The notes: a model not told the origin generated them from the letters alone. Shown: positions 1-13,471, numbered from the stretch's first letter. The stretch is 64,000 bases of DNA from Deltaproteobacteria bacterium (GCA_034670305.1 JAXMNT010000007.1:96001-160000); one strand, 5' to 3'. A program made the numbers and translations.

Positions 1-454
1 TCGATCGACCCGGAGCTGCTGCGGACCCAGATCCAGGCCCAGCTCGAGCGCCGTCTCGAAGGGTTGGCGAACGGGGCCCGGCGGGCGCGACACGCCCAGC
101 TTGGGGCCGAAGCGGTACAGGAGAGCATCGATCGAGGGCGCGCCACCGCGCTCTGGGTCGCAGAAGACGCCGCGCGACGTGACGCGCTCGAGGCCATGGC
201 GGAGCGGCTTGGATGCCGCCTCATCGTGCTCGGATCACGCGGATGGCTCGGTGAACTGTTCGGTCGCGACTTGCTCGCGGTCGTCGCACTCGAGCACGAA
301 GGGCTGGCAACAGCCATTGGACAGGTCACGAAGCAACTGATCGGGTTGCGTCGAGACTCCGATGTTCGTACGGGCGGGGCGGCCGCTCCCGAACTTGGCA
401 GTGCGCGTTCCCCAAAGAGGGGCGCGATCGAAGAGCCGGAGGGCCGGAACGAGG

Positions 455-462
<8 letters not shown>
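1..462 (+). CDS. L7Ae/YlxQ-like RNA-binding protein, 5'-partial (probably the C-terminal part of a YlxR/DUF448-L7Ae fusion)
   Basis: Frame open from base 1; L7Ae-like segment (GAEAVQESIDRGRATALWVAEDAA...LGELFGRDLLAVVAL); overlaps the infB start, the usual position of ylxR/ylxQ. Confidence 0.6.
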
Positions 463-3130
<2,668 letters not shown>

Positions 3131-3136
3131 CCGACC

Positions 3137-3487
3137 GTGATGATCGGAGCATGCCGCGTCGAACTCGCGCTCTCGGGCGTGGATTCACTGAAGGCGAAAC
3201 GCTCCATCGTCCGGTCGGTCCTCGACCGGACGCGTGCGAAGTTCGACGTCACCGCCGCAGAGGTGGAGGCGATGGACGAACACACGCGTGCGGTGCTCGG
3301 ATTCGTGGTGGTCAGCAACGAACGCGCCCATGCCGAGGGCAGACTGCGGGCCATTCATGAGTTCGTGGAGCACACCGGCCTCGCCCGCGTCCGCCAAGTG
3401 AAGACGGAGTTCACGCGCATCCTGGAAGGGCGCGCCACCGGAGGCGACGTGGTCGCCGACTGGTCGGATTTCGAGGCGGACGAATGA
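3137..3487 (+). CDS. DUF503/YlxP family protein
   Basis: SLKAKRSIVRS...F.V.AAEV...D motif; lies between infB and rbfA. Confidence 0.85.
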   Translation: MMIGACRVELALSGVDSLKAKRSIVRSVLDRTRAKFDVTAAEVEAMDEHTRAVLGFVVVSNERAHAEGRLRAIHEFVEHTGLARVRQVKTEFTRILEGRATGGDVVADWSDFEADE

Positions 3488-3927
3488 AACGTAGCAGCAC
3501 CCGTCCTGGAAGCCGCGCAGAGCGCGTGGCGGAACTCGTGCGCGCCGAGATCGCGGACGTGGTCCTGCGCGGCCGTCTGCGCGACCCGCTGGCCAAAGAC
3601 GTGGTCATCTCCGGCGTGAAGCTGACGCCGGACCTGCAGCAGGCCTACGTGTACGTGCGGGTGCTCCAGGAGGCCGACGACCAGCGGCAGACCGCGGTGG
3701 TGGAGGCGATGAACCGGGCGGCAGGCTTCCTTCGCCGGGAGATCGCGCCCAAACTGCAACTTCGGCGGGTGCCCGAACTCACCTTCTTTTGGGATGCGGT
3801 GATCGACCGCGCCCAGCGGCTGGACGCGATTTTCGCCGAGATCGAGTCCGACACCCGCCCCTCGGCAAGCACCTCAGACAGCACTGCGGTTCCTGCAGCG
3901 GGCGCGGTAGACTCCGAAAGCGAATGA
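3484..3927 (+). CDS. rbfA: Ribosome-binding factor A
   Basis: RAERVAE, VKLTPDLQQAYVY, AAGFLRREI...LRRVPELTF motifs; synteny. Confidence 0.95.
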   Translation: MKRSSTRPGSRAERVAELVRAEIADVVLRGRLRDPLAKDVVISGVKLTPDLQQAYVYVRVLQEADDQRQTAVVEAMNRAAGFLRREIAPKLQLRRVPELTFFWDAVIDRAQRLDAIFAEIESDTRPSASTSDSTAVPAAGAVDSESE

Positions 3928-4949
3928 CGGAGGCACCCCATGCGTCGCTCTCGGAAGAGGTCATCCGAGAAGCGCTCTCCGTGCTCCGGGGTGGTGCCCG
4001 CTTCCTGGTGACCTGCCACCGGCGGCCGGATGCCGACGCCCTCGGGTCGGCCATCGGCATGACCGTGTTGTGCCAGAGCCTCGGCAAGGACATCACGCTC
4101 TGGATCCCCGAGCCACTCGCGCCCAACCTCCAGTTCCTGGCCACCCAGTTCGTTGCGGAGGGCGGCGTCATCGAACGCACCCTGGCCGACGGGGAGCGCT
4201 ACGACGCGACCTTCGTCATGGACACCGCGGCCCACACCCTCTTGCCACCTGGTCTTCCCTCGGACGATGTGACCGGACCGCTCGTCGTGGTGGACCACCA
4301 CGCGATCCACGACGACGTGGGCGACCTCGTCGTGCGCGACATCGAAGCCTGCTCCACCGGCGAGGTCGTGATGGACTTGGCGGAAGCCCTCGGCATGCGA
4401 CCGGTTCCGCGCGGCGCGGCCGCACCGCTCTACGCCGCCATCGTGGCCGACACGGGCGGCTTTCGATACGCCACCACCCGCAGCAAGACTCTGCGGCTCG
4501 GCGCCGAGCTGCTCGACCAGGGGGTCGACGCTTGGCACACCGCGTACGAACTCTTCGAAGGCTGGACCGCCGAGCGGATGAAGTTGCTGGGGGTGGTGCT
4601 CGACACCCTGGAACTCGCCTTCGACGGCCGCTGCGCCATTCTCCGCATCACCCGGAAGATGCTCGACGAGTGCCAAGCGACGGACGACATGGTCGAGGGC
4701 ATGGTCAACTACGGGCGGATGCTTCGCGGCGTGGAAGTGGCGATCCTGCTCTGGGAGTTCCCGAACTCCGAGGGCGGACTCGACACCAAGATCAGCCTGC
4801 GCTCGAGCGGCGACGCCAACGTCGGGGCCATCGCCCAGCAGCTCCACGGGGGCGGCCACCGCGCAGCCGCTGGCGGGCAGGTCTCGAAGTCCCTCGCTGA
4901 AACCGAGACGTTGGCGCGCGCCGCCATCCTGGCCGAACTCGACGGCTGA
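3924..4949 (+). CDS. nrnA: DHH/DHHA1 phosphoesterase (nanoRNase/pAp phosphatase)
   Basis: HRRPDADALGS, DHH, DTGGF, GGGHRAAAG motifs; ATGA overlap with rbfA. Confidence 0.9.
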   Translation: MTEAPHASLSEEVIREALSVLRGGARFLVTCHRRPDADALGSAIGMTVLCQSLGKDITLWIPEPLAPNLQFLATQFVAEGGVIERTLADGERYDATFVMDTAAHTLLPPGLPSDDVTGPLVVVDHHAIHDDVGDLVVRDIEACSTGEVVMDLAEALGMRPVPRGAAAPLYAAIVADTGGFRYATTRSKTLRLGAELLDQGVDAWHTAYELFEGWTAERMKLLGVVLDTLELAFDGRCAILRITRKMLDECQATDDMVEGMVNYGRMLRGVEVAILLWEFPNSEGGLDTKISLRSSGDANVGAIAQQLHGGGHRAAAGGQVSKSLAETETLARAAILAELDG

Positions 4950-4950
4950 C

Positions 4951-5877
4951 ATGGGTCGCCGCGGCCGATCGAACGACGGACCCGACGGGGTCTACGTCGT
5001 CGACAAACCACGCGGTCCCACGTCGCACGATGTGGTCGCCCAGATCCGCCGCGTCCTCCGCACTCGGGCGGTCGGCCACGCCGGTACGCTGGATCCGATG
5101 GCGACAGGGGTCCTGGTCATCGCCGTGGGGCGGGCCACGAAGCTCGTTCCATGGCTGACCGCGGCCGACAAGTCGTACTCGGCGACGATTCAACTCGGCA
5201 CCGGGACGGACTCACTCGATGCCGATGGCGACGTCGTCGAGACGAAGCCGGTGCCGCCGCTCGACCTCGCGACCGTGAAGAGGGTCGCCGCGAAGCGCCT
5301 TGGCGTTCAGATGCAGCGTCCACCCGCGGTGAGCGCCATCCGCGTCGATGGCGAGCGGCTCCATGAGAAGGTCCGCCGCGGTGAAGTGGTTGAGGCGCCG
5401 CTGCGCGAGGTGGTCGTGCGGTCGATCGATGTCACGCGCGTCGAAGGCGCGGAGATCGACGTGACCCTGACCACGGGGAAGGGATTCTACGTTCGGTCGT
5501 TCGCGCGGGACCTGGCCATCGACCTCGAGACCGTGGGGCACCTGACCGCTCTGAGGCGGCTGGCGAGTGGCGCGTTCGTGCTCGACGACGCGTGTTCGAT
5601 GAACGACCTCGCGGAACACGTGCCGCTCGACCTCGCGCAGGCCGCCGCGCGCATCATGACCTGCCTGGAGCTCGACGCCGACGGCGTGACCCACGCGAAA
5701 CACGGACGCCCGATCCCCGTCGCCCACGTGACCTCCGGCGACCCGCAGGGCGAGGGCCCGTTCGGACTCGTGTGCGCGTCTTCGACCGACTCGGAACTGC
5801 TCGCGGTGGTGCGCCGCGAAGAAGACCTGCTGAAGGTCGTCCGCGGCTTCCCCCCACGCGGCCAGCGCACGGGTTGA
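4951..5877 (+). CDS. truB: tRNA pseudouridine(55) synthase
   Basis: DKPRGPTSHDVV, VGHAGTLDPMATG, GKGFYVRS motifs. Confidence 0.97.
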   Translation: MGRRGRSNDGPDGVYVVDKPRGPTSHDVVAQIRRVLRTRAVGHAGTLDPMATGVLVIAVGRATKLVPWLTAADKSYSATIQLGTGTDSLDADGDVVETKPVPPLDLATVKRVAAKRLGVQMQRPPAVSAIRVDGERLHEKVRRGEVVEAPLREVVVRSIDVTRVEGAEIDVTLTTGKGFYVRSFARDLAIDLETVGHLTALRRLASGAFVLDDACSMNDLAEHVPLDLAQAAARIMTCLELDADGVTHAKHGRPIPVAHVTSGDPQGEGPFGLVCASSTDSELLAVVRREEDLLKVVRGFPPRGQRTG

Positions 5878-5957
5878 GCCGCAATCACGACCGATTCAAA
5901 CCGGTCGGCGCTCTCGCGTCTGGCTGCGCCCGTCGAGGAATCGGATATGCTGCCGCC

Positions 5958-6752
5958 ATGTCGCTGCCCCGCTTCTCTTGGTCGTTCGTTCTGACGCTGA
6001 GCCTGTTCGCGTGGGGCGGAACGTCTGGTTGCGGCGACGACGACTCGGGCGTGGAAGATGCCGGGGAGCGCCCGTCCGATGTGGGCCCCGACGCGCCCCG
6101 GGACAGCGGGGTGGGGTGTCCGATGTCCTGCGGCTCGACCGAAGGGTGTTGCCCGAGCAGCGAGGGCGGCAACGAGTGCATCGACATCAACGACGACCCG
6201 CTCAACTGCGGGGGCTGCGGGGTGGTCTGTGCGGAAGGCCGTGGCATGGCGTGCGAGCTCGGGCTCTGCATCTGCGGCCGCAACCGGATGGGCTGCGGCG
6301 GGGACCGCGAGAGTTTCTGCTGTCCGGCCACCGACGAGCGGCCGCTGCCGTACTGCGCGAACCTGGAGCAGGACGGCGAGGACTGCGGCGCATGCGGCGA
6401 GCCCTGCGACCTCGACGTCGGCAACGCGTGCGAAGGCGGACGCTGCATCTGTGGCGTTGAACGCGGGGGCTGCGATGGCACCGCGGAGTCCCGCTGCTGT
6501 ACGGGCGCGTTCAACACCTCCTGCGTGGACACGACGAGCGACCGCGATCACTGCGGCGGATGCGATCGGCGATGCAGCCTTGGACAGAGCTGCGAAGCGG
6601 GCGTTTGTGTGGGACGCGACGGAGGTCCGGGCGTGGACGCAGGCGTCGACGCCGGCATGGACTCGGGAACAGGCGTGGACGCCGGCATGGACTCGGGAAC
6701 AGATGTCGACGCGGGCACCGATGCAGGCGTTCCGCCGGGCGCAGGGGATTGA
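5958..6752 (+). CDS. Cys-rich lipoprotein with three Stig1-like (CxDxxxDxxNCGxCGxxC) repeats and a DAG-rich tail
   Basis: Signal peptide ending ...GTSGC followed by acidic GDDDSG; repeats CIDINDDPLNCGGCGVVC, CANLEQDGEDCGACGEPC, CVDTTSDRDHCGGCDRRC. Confidence 0.8.
   Translation: MSLPRFSWSFVLTLSLFAWGGTSGCGDDDSGVEDAGERPSDVGPDAPRDSGVGCPMSCGSTEGCCPSSEGGNECIDINDDPLNCGGCGVVCAEGRGMACELGLCICGRNRMGCGGDRESFCCPATDERPLPYCANLEQDGEDCGACGEPCDLDVGNACEGGRCICGVERGGCDGTAESRCCTGAFNTSCVDTTSDRDHCGGCDRRCSLGQSCEAGVCVGRDGGPGVDAGVDAGMDSGTGVDAGMDSGTDVDAGTDAGVPPGAGD
6630..6730 (+). repeat. Intragenic tandem repeat encoding GVDAG(M)DSGT units
   Basis: gacgccggcatggactcgggaacag occurs twice with 30-bp periodicity, plus flanking DAG units. 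Confidence 0.8.
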
Positions 6753-8036
<1,284 letters not shown>

Positions 8037-8061
8037 GCCAGCGGCAGACCCCAGGCCGGCT

Positions 8062-8163
8062 GGCATCGGTTTCGGGATCGGCTTCGGGATCGGCTTCGGC
8101 TTCGGGATCGGCTTCGGCTTCGGGATCGGCTTCGGGACCGGCTTCGGCGTCGGCTTCGGCTTT
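8062..8163. repeat. Intergenic imperfect hexamer microsatellite, 17 units (GGCTTC/GGGATC variants)
   Basis: 17 consecutive GGnnnY hexamers counted directly between the oxidoreductase stop and the next promoter. Confidence 0.95.
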
Positions 8164-8202
8164 CCTCATCGCCTTCGCGAGCGCCGCGGTTTCACCCCAT
8201 CG

Positions 8203-8230
8203 GGAACCTCCGCGCCTCCTTGGTGTCGGA
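8203..8230 (+). promoter_or_regulatory. Putative ECF (sigmaE-type) promoter for the orphan gltG-like gene
   Basis: GGAACC-N16-GTCGGA; the same architecture recurs at 51777 upstream of its paralog. Confidence 0.6.
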
Positions 8231-8308
8231 GTAGGGGTGCGCGGTCCGATCCGCGCGTGACCCACCGCGAACCCCGTCGCGCTGCCCAGCGCGAGACAAG
8301 GACTTCCC

Positions 8309-9751
8309 ATGGCTTCCCAAGAACGCACCGAGGTGCGTGAGGCACCCCTGCATTCGAAACACGCCCGCCCGAACTCCGGTCGAGGTGCGATGACCATGGC
8401 CATGCAGGCACTGCCACAGAAGTCCGAGGTCCAGGTGCTCCGGATCGCGCGGGTGGCCAAGGGACGCATCGAAGAAGAACGGTTGGTGTCCGATGCGCTG
8501 AGGGTGGGACCCGGCGAGCGGGCCCACTTCGTGGTGCCGGGACTCGGCGGCATGAAGACGGTCTTCGAATGCAAGGGCGGGCAGTGGACGCTGAACGTGC
8601 CCGCCGGCTGCGACGAAGTGCGCCTCGCCAACGGCGCCGAAGTCGGCAGCGCGACCGGCACGACCCGGCTCGTCGAGAGCGCCCGCGGCCGCCTCCGCTT
8701 CGGCGAAGTCTCGCTCCTCTTCCAGCTCGTCGCGCCCCCGCCCAAGATGGCCAAACCCATGCTGCCGAGCTCGGTGCGCGGCGGCCTCTTCGGCCAGGTC
8801 GATTGGGCCTTCACCAGCATCGCCTCCGCGATCTTCACCTTCTTCTTCGCGGGACTCGTGTTCCTCGAAGGCGCGGACTGGCCCGTCGCGATGGGTCTGG
8901 AAGACAACAGCTACGCGATGACGCTGATCCTCGAAGAGCCGCAGGAGCCTCCGGCCGCGACCCAGTGGCAGGACCACGAACCGGAGCCGGAACTGACCCG
9001 CGACAACGGTCCGGCACCCGACGTGGCGCCCAACGATCCGCCCCCGACGACCGACCGCACACCACGGCGTGCGGACCGACCGTCCACGCCACAGCAGACC
9101 AGCGACGCGCCGCCCAGCTTGGACTACGAGTCCATCGCACAACAGGTCGCCCAGGCGCTCGTCATTGGGACCAACGGCGAGAGCGGCGGCATGACCAGTT
9201 TCAACGAGCTGATCGAAGGGGCCGATACGACGGGGGCGGGAGACATCCTGGCCCAGGTCACCGGGGTCGACGATCAGCGGGTCGCCCGCTCCGACCGGGT
9301 CCTCGTGCGCGACACGCCCGGCTCAGGCGAGGGGATGGATCTGGGCATGCTCGCGCGCCGCAACCAGCCGCGCACCGAGATGGAAGGCAGCGACGTGACC
9401 GAACGCGATCTGCCGCCCTCTCGGCTGGACTACGACGAACCGATCGACGTCGACGGCGCCGAGTTCGATGCCCGCCTGCTCGCCCAGCGCGTCCGCCGAC
9501 TGAGCTCCCGCATCGCGCGCTGCTACGAGCTGGAGCTCAGCCGAAACCCGACGGCCCGCGGCCGGGTTGGCTTGCAACTCACCGTCTTCGAACCCGGCCA
9601 CGTGCGGGCCCGGGTCACGAGCAGCCAGCTCACATCCGCCACCGGTGCGTGCATCGTCCGGCACCTGAATACCATCCGCTTCCGCGACGGCGGACCCGAG
9701 GGTGGCAACGCCGTCTTCGAGTGGCCACTGGTCTTCTCACCGCAGCAGTAG
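8309..9751 (+). CDS. GltG/PglI-like bitopic protein with AgmX/PglI (TonB-C-like) C-terminal domain, orphan paralog
   Basis: Cytoplasmic VLRIARV..GRIEEERLV domain, single TM, Pro-rich linker, C-terminal RIARCYELELSRNPTARGRV...C...F...PLVF; clearly paralogous to 51889..53349. Confidence 0.85.
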   Translation: MASQERTEVREAPLHSKHARPNSGRGAMTMAMQALPQKSEVQVLRIARVAKGRIEEERLVSDALRVGPGERAHFVVPGLGGMKTVFECKGGQWTLNVPAGCDEVRLANGAEVGSATGTTRLVESARGRLRFGEVSLLFQLVAPPPKMAKPMLPSSVRGGLFGQVDWAFTSIASAIFTFFFAGLVFLEGADWPVAMGLEDNSYAMTLILEEPQEPPAATQWQDHEPEPELTRDNGPAPDVAPNDPPPTTDRTPRRADRPSTPQQTSDAPPSLDYESIAQQVAQALVIGTNGESGGMTSFNELIEGADTTGAGDILAQVTGVDDQRVARSDRVLVRDTPGSGEGMDLGMLARRNQPRTEMEGSDVTERDLPPSRLDYDEPIDVDGAEFDARLLAQRVRRLSSRIARCYELELSRNPTARGRVGLQLTVFEPGHVRARVTSSQLTSATGACIVRHLNTIRFRDGGPEGGNAVFEWPLVFSPQQ

Positions 9752-9754
9752 CGC

Positions 9755-10729
9755 TCAGCGCTTGAGCGACTCGAGCGCCGCCCGCGCGGCGCCGAGCAGA
9801 CCGACCCGCTCGTCCGTGATCAGGGCGACGCGGGTCGTGTCGATCAGCGGCGCCATCGCGCCCTTGTTCCGCATCGCGCCGAGCAGGGTCTTCGCGAACC
9901 CCTCCGGGTCTGCGGCGTGCAGCTTCGGTGCGATGCCGCCGGCGATGAACAGACCGCCGGTCGGCAACACGTCGAGCGCGAAGTCCCCAATCGCCGATCC
10001 GTAGAGCTGCACGAACCACTCGATCGCACGGGCGGCCTGCGGGTCTCCCTGTGCAGCGCGCGCGGAGACTTCGGCGCCATCCATCTCTCCGTCGTTCTTC
10101 GGTGAAGTCGACTGCGTGAGGTACGCGTAGATCGTCGCGATGCCCACGCCGGAGACCAGCCGTTCGAGCGGCACGTGGTCTTCTTCGGCCTTTTGCCGCA
10201 CGAACGCGAGCAACGCCGCGTCGTCCGCGTTGCGCGGCGCGAACCCCACGTGTCCGCCTTCCGATCGCAGCACCCGCGCGAGGACGTGGTTCTCCTTCGC
10301 AGGCAGGATCACCGCTTTGCCGAGCCCGGTTCCCGCCCCGACGATGAGACGCGGGCCGTCGGCTTCGACCTGGCCGGACTGCAGCACCACCGACTCGGCC
10401 AGGTTCGACCCCAGCGCCGCGGCTTCGAAGTCGTTGAGCAGGGTGATGGGGACCTGAAGCCGGAACCGCAGTTCGGATTCGCGGATGGTCCAGGGGAGGT
10501 TGGTCGTGTGGACTTCGCGGCCGCCGTTCTTCCCGGGCGTCACCGGTCCCGCCACGCCGAACGCCGCGGCGGCGATCGGCGCGCCGGCTGAGAATGCGTC
10601 GAGCGCGTCCTCGAAGCGCTCGAACGCTCCGCTCTCGAACTTCGTCTCGCGGATCAGTTCTCCGCGCCCGTCGAAGACGGCGAGCCAAGTCTTGGTGCCG
10701 CCGATGTCGCCGACGAGAACGTGGGTCAT
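9755..10729 (-). CDS. glk: Glucokinase
   Basis: GDIGGTKT, TNLPW, LNDFEA, GAGTGLG, SEGGH, GGIAPK motifs. Confidence 0.95.
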   Translation of the reverse strand: MTHVLVGDIGGTKTWLAVFDGRGELIRETKFESGAFERFEDALDAFSAGAPIAAAAFGVAGPVTPGKNGGREVHTTNLPWTIRESELRFRLQVPITLLNDFEAAALGSNLAESVVLQSGQVEADGPRLIVGAGTGLGKAVILPAKENHVLARVLRSEGGHVGFAPRNADDAALLAFVRQKAEEDHVPLERLVSGVGIATIYAYLTQSTSPKNDGEMDGAEVSARAAQGDPQAARAIEWFVQLYGSAIGDFALDVLPTGGLFIAGGIAPKLHAADPEGFAKTLLGAMRNKGAMAPLIDTTRVALITDERVGLLGAARAALESLKR

Positions 10730-10825
10730 GCCGCAGTGCAGCCGACCCACGGCCGCCGCGCAAGCGCTTCGAGCGGTGCCTGCCGCCGCGCCACCATCCA
10801 GGAGCGTCTTTCGCCTGCGCGGAGA

Positions 10826-12466
10826 CTAGTCCTTGAGTAGCCGGGTCACGGTGTTGCGCCCGATCCCGAGTTTCTCCGCCGCATCCTTCCGGCTGCCCCC
10901 ACACGACGCCACCACCGCTTCGACAAACGCCCGCTTGGCTTCTTCCATCGTCGCGCCGAGTGGAATGGTCACGCCCGCCGAACGACGTGCGCGACCGCGG
11001 GGCGTCGGAAGGTGGCGCAACAGGATCTTGCCCTGCGGCGCGAGCACCACCGCACTCTCGATCCAGTGTTCGAGTTCGCGCACGTTGCCGGGCCAGTCGT
11101 GTGCGCGCAGTCGGCTGAGCACATCGGCGGAGAGCTCCGGCACTTCGCCCGCGCTGCCCAACCGCTTGTGTCGCCGAGCGTAGAGATCCAGGAAGTGACG
11201 CGCCAACCGTTCGACTTCGTCGGGGCCGCGGGCGCGGAGCGGCGGCACCTCGATCTCGACCACGCGGACGCGGTAGTAGAGATCCTCTCGGAAGGTGCCT
11301 TCCTCGACCGCGGCTTCCAGATCGCGGTGGGTCGCGCAGAGAATGCGGGTGTCGCTGTGCAGGGTCTCGCGCCCGCCCACCCGCTCGAACTGCTTCTCTT
11401 GCAGGAACCGGAGCAACTTGCCCTGGATCTCGAGCGGCAAGTCGCCGATCTCATCGAGAAAGAGCGTGCCGCCTTCCGCCATCTCGACCTTGCCGCGCAC
11501 CCGCCGTTCGGCGCCGGTGAACGAGCCGCGTTCGTGTCCGAAGAGTTCGCTCTCGACGAGATCGCCGGGGAGGGTGGTGCAGTCCACGGTGACGAAAGGG
11601 CCACCCTGGCGTGCGCCGTTCACGTGGACCGCGCGGGCGAGCAACGACTTGCCGGTCCCGGTCTCTCCCCGCAGCAGCACCGACGCGTCCGTCTGCGCCG
11701 AGAGCGCGACGCGCTCGTAGACCTCGTCCATCGCAGGGCTTCGACCAACGATGTGGTTGAAGGGGCCGCGCATCACGACGCCGGGACCACTCGCGTCCTC
11801 GGCCCGCAGGGTGGTCAGCGAGAGCACGTGCCCGAGCTGGATCGCGAGCGCGGCGAGGAACCGTTCGTCTTCTTCGCTGAAGGATCCCTCGGCCCGGTTG
11901 AGCACCTGCACCACCCCGCGGACCGGCGCCGTCGGTCCTTCGCGCACCGGCGCGACGAGCATGTTGCGGGTGGTGTATCCGGTCGCGGCGTCGGCGCTCG
12001 GATCGAATCTGGGATCCGAGTGTGCGTCGTCGACCCGCAACACCTCGCCCTTCTCCGCAACGAATCCAGCGATGCCCCGGCCCATCGGTTGCCGGAGCGC
12101 GGGCAACTCTGGCAACACCGCGACCTGGGTGAACAAGTCCCCCCGCTCGGCATCGACCAGCCACAGGGTCGCCCGGTCCGCATGCATCGCTTCGGCCAGC
12201 CGCTCGCACGCGGCCTGCAGCAACGAGTCGAGGTCGACCTCGCGGGGAATGAGCGACGCGAGGTCGACGAGCAGAGAGAGGCGGCTCATGGGCAGCGCGA
12301 GTGTACCGCTCTCTTCGCCGAGGTCGGCGAGCTCCGCGAAGAGGCGGCGCGCCGCCGCGCCCGAGGTGGGTTCGAGCAACGCGGACTCGGCCTCCATCGG
12401 CGCACCGCGCGGGTCCTTCATCGCCGCACCCACCGCCAACTGCAAGGTCTCGGGCTCAGGCCGCAC
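10826..12466 (-). CDS. Sigma54-dependent enhancer-binding protein, GAF-AAA+-HTH
   Basis: GAF (GIAGFVA...DPRFD...TGYTTRNMLVAP...VLNR..GSFSEEDE), GETGTGKS, GSFTGA, LFLDEIGD, WPGNVREL, Fis-type HTH. Confidence 0.93.
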   Translation of the reverse strand: MRPEPETLQLAVGAAMKDPRGAPMEAESALLEPTSGAAARRLFAELADLGEESGTLALPMSRLSLLVDLASLIPREVDLDSLLQAACERLAEAMHADRATLWLVDAERGDLFTQVAVLPELPALRQPMGRGIAGFVAEKGEVLRVDDAHSDPRFDPSADAATGYTTRNMLVAPVREGPTAPVRGVVQVLNRAEGSFSEEDERFLAALAIQLGHVLSLTTLRAEDASGPGVVMRGPFNHIVGRSPAMDEVYERVALSAQTDASVLLRGETGTGKSLLARAVHVNGARQGGPFVTVDCTTLPGDLVESELFGHERGSFTGAERRVRGKVEMAEGGTLFLDEIGDLPLEIQGKLLRFLQEKQFERVGGRETLHSDTRILCATHRDLEAAVEEGTFREDLYYRVRVVEIEVPPLRARGPDEVERLARHFLDLYARRHKRLGSAGEVPELSADVLSRLRAHDWPGNVRELEHWIESAVVLAPQGKILLRHLPTPRGRARRSAGVTIPLGATMEEAKRAFVEAVVASCGGSRKDAAEKLGIGRNTVTRLLKD

Positions 12467-13328
12467 GTTCCGCCACGTCGGGCATCACGATCTCGCGTCC
12501 TTCGCGGGCGCACTCGGTGCGGTCGAACTCCGCCCGCGCGCGGTCTTCGAGCGCCTGCACCCCCGCGTCGTCGCGGCTCGGATCGTGGTGGAAGAGCACC
12601 AGCCGCCCAACGCCGGCGGCGCGCGCCAACTTGGTCGCCGCTTCGTAGGTGGAGTGGCCCCAGCCGACCTTCGCCATGCCCACGTCGCCGCGGTACTCCT
12701 CCGGCAGGTACTGCGCGTCGTAGATGAGCACGTCGGCGCCGAGCGCGAGCTTGAGCAGAGTCGGGTCGATGCACTCGTAGTGTTCGGTGTCGGTCGCGAA
12801 CACCACGCTGCGGCCCCCGTGCTCGAGCCGGTACGCGAGCACCCCGCCGCCTGGGTGGTTGAGCTTCGCGCACCGCACTTCGACGTCGTCGATGACGAAG
12901 CGCTGCCCGTGGCGCAGGGTCCGGTAGCTCAACTGCGCGGGCAGGTCCTCCCAGAGCACCGGGAAGGTGGGCGGCCGCATCTGGAGGCTCAGCGCCTCCC
13001 GCAGACCGAGCTCCGGGCTGCCTTCGCCGCAGATGCGCAGCTTGGTGTGCGGCATGTAGATGGGGGCGAAGAACGGGAGCCCCTGGATGTGGTCCCAGTG
13101 CAGGTGCGAGAGCAAGAGCGTCGCTTCGACCCCCTTGGCCTGCGCTGCGGGGTCCTGCAGCAAGAGCCCGCCGAGGGCCCGGATGCCGGTCCCCGAATCG
13201 AGAATCAGCCGGGTGTCGCCCACCCGCACCTCCACGCAACTGGTGTTGCCCCCGAACCCCGCCGTGCTTTCGCCTGGCGATGCGATCGACCCACGCACTC
13301 CAAAGAACCGAACCGTCATGTCTGCCAT
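12456..13328 (-). CDS. Metallo-beta-lactamase-fold hydrolase (RNase Z/PhnP/cNMP phosphodiesterase-like)
   Basis: GVRGS, GGNTSC, SHLHWDHIQG, HPGG, TDTEH, GWGHST, FHHDP motifs; GGAGG RBS. Confidence 0.92.
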   Translation of the reverse strand: MADMTVRFFGVRGSIASPGESTAGFGGNTSCVEVRVGDTRLILDSGTGIRALGGLLLQDPAAQAKGVEATLLLSHLHWDHIQGLPFFAPIYMPHTKLRICGEGSPELGLREALSLQMRPPTFPVLWEDLPAQLSYRTLRHGQRFVIDDVEVRCAKLNHPGGGVLAYRLEHGGRSVVFATDTEHYECIDPTLLKLALGADVLIYDAQYLPEEYRGDVGMAKVGWGHSTYEAATKLARAAGVGRLVLFHHDPSRDDAGVQALEDRARAEFDRTECAREGREIVMPDVAERAA

Positions 13329-13351
13329 TCGCTACCTCCGAGGGGGTACTT

Positions 13352-13367
13352 TGCGAACGGTGTGCCA
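13352..13367 (-). promoter_or_regulatory. Sigma54 -24/-12 promoter for the MBL hydrolase/EBP unit
   Basis: Minus strand TGGCACACCGTTCGCA (GG-N10-GC) just upstream of the RBS. Confidence 0.75.
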
Positions 13368-13413
13368 GCGCGCTATCGGGTCAATTCATGAATGGTTCTG
13401 GGAAGATGCCCGG

Positions 13414-13457
13414 CGCACCATGCATGGCGATGCACTGTTATGGTGCGTGGTGCACCA
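13414..13457. promoter_or_regulatory. Putative enhancer (UAS) cluster, NtrC-like
   Basis: TGCACT-N5-GGTGCG at 13431-13447, with related GCACCA/TGGTGC elements on both sides, about 100 bp upstream of the predicted TSS. Confidence 0.55.
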
Positions 13458-13471
13458 ACGTGTCCGAGGCG

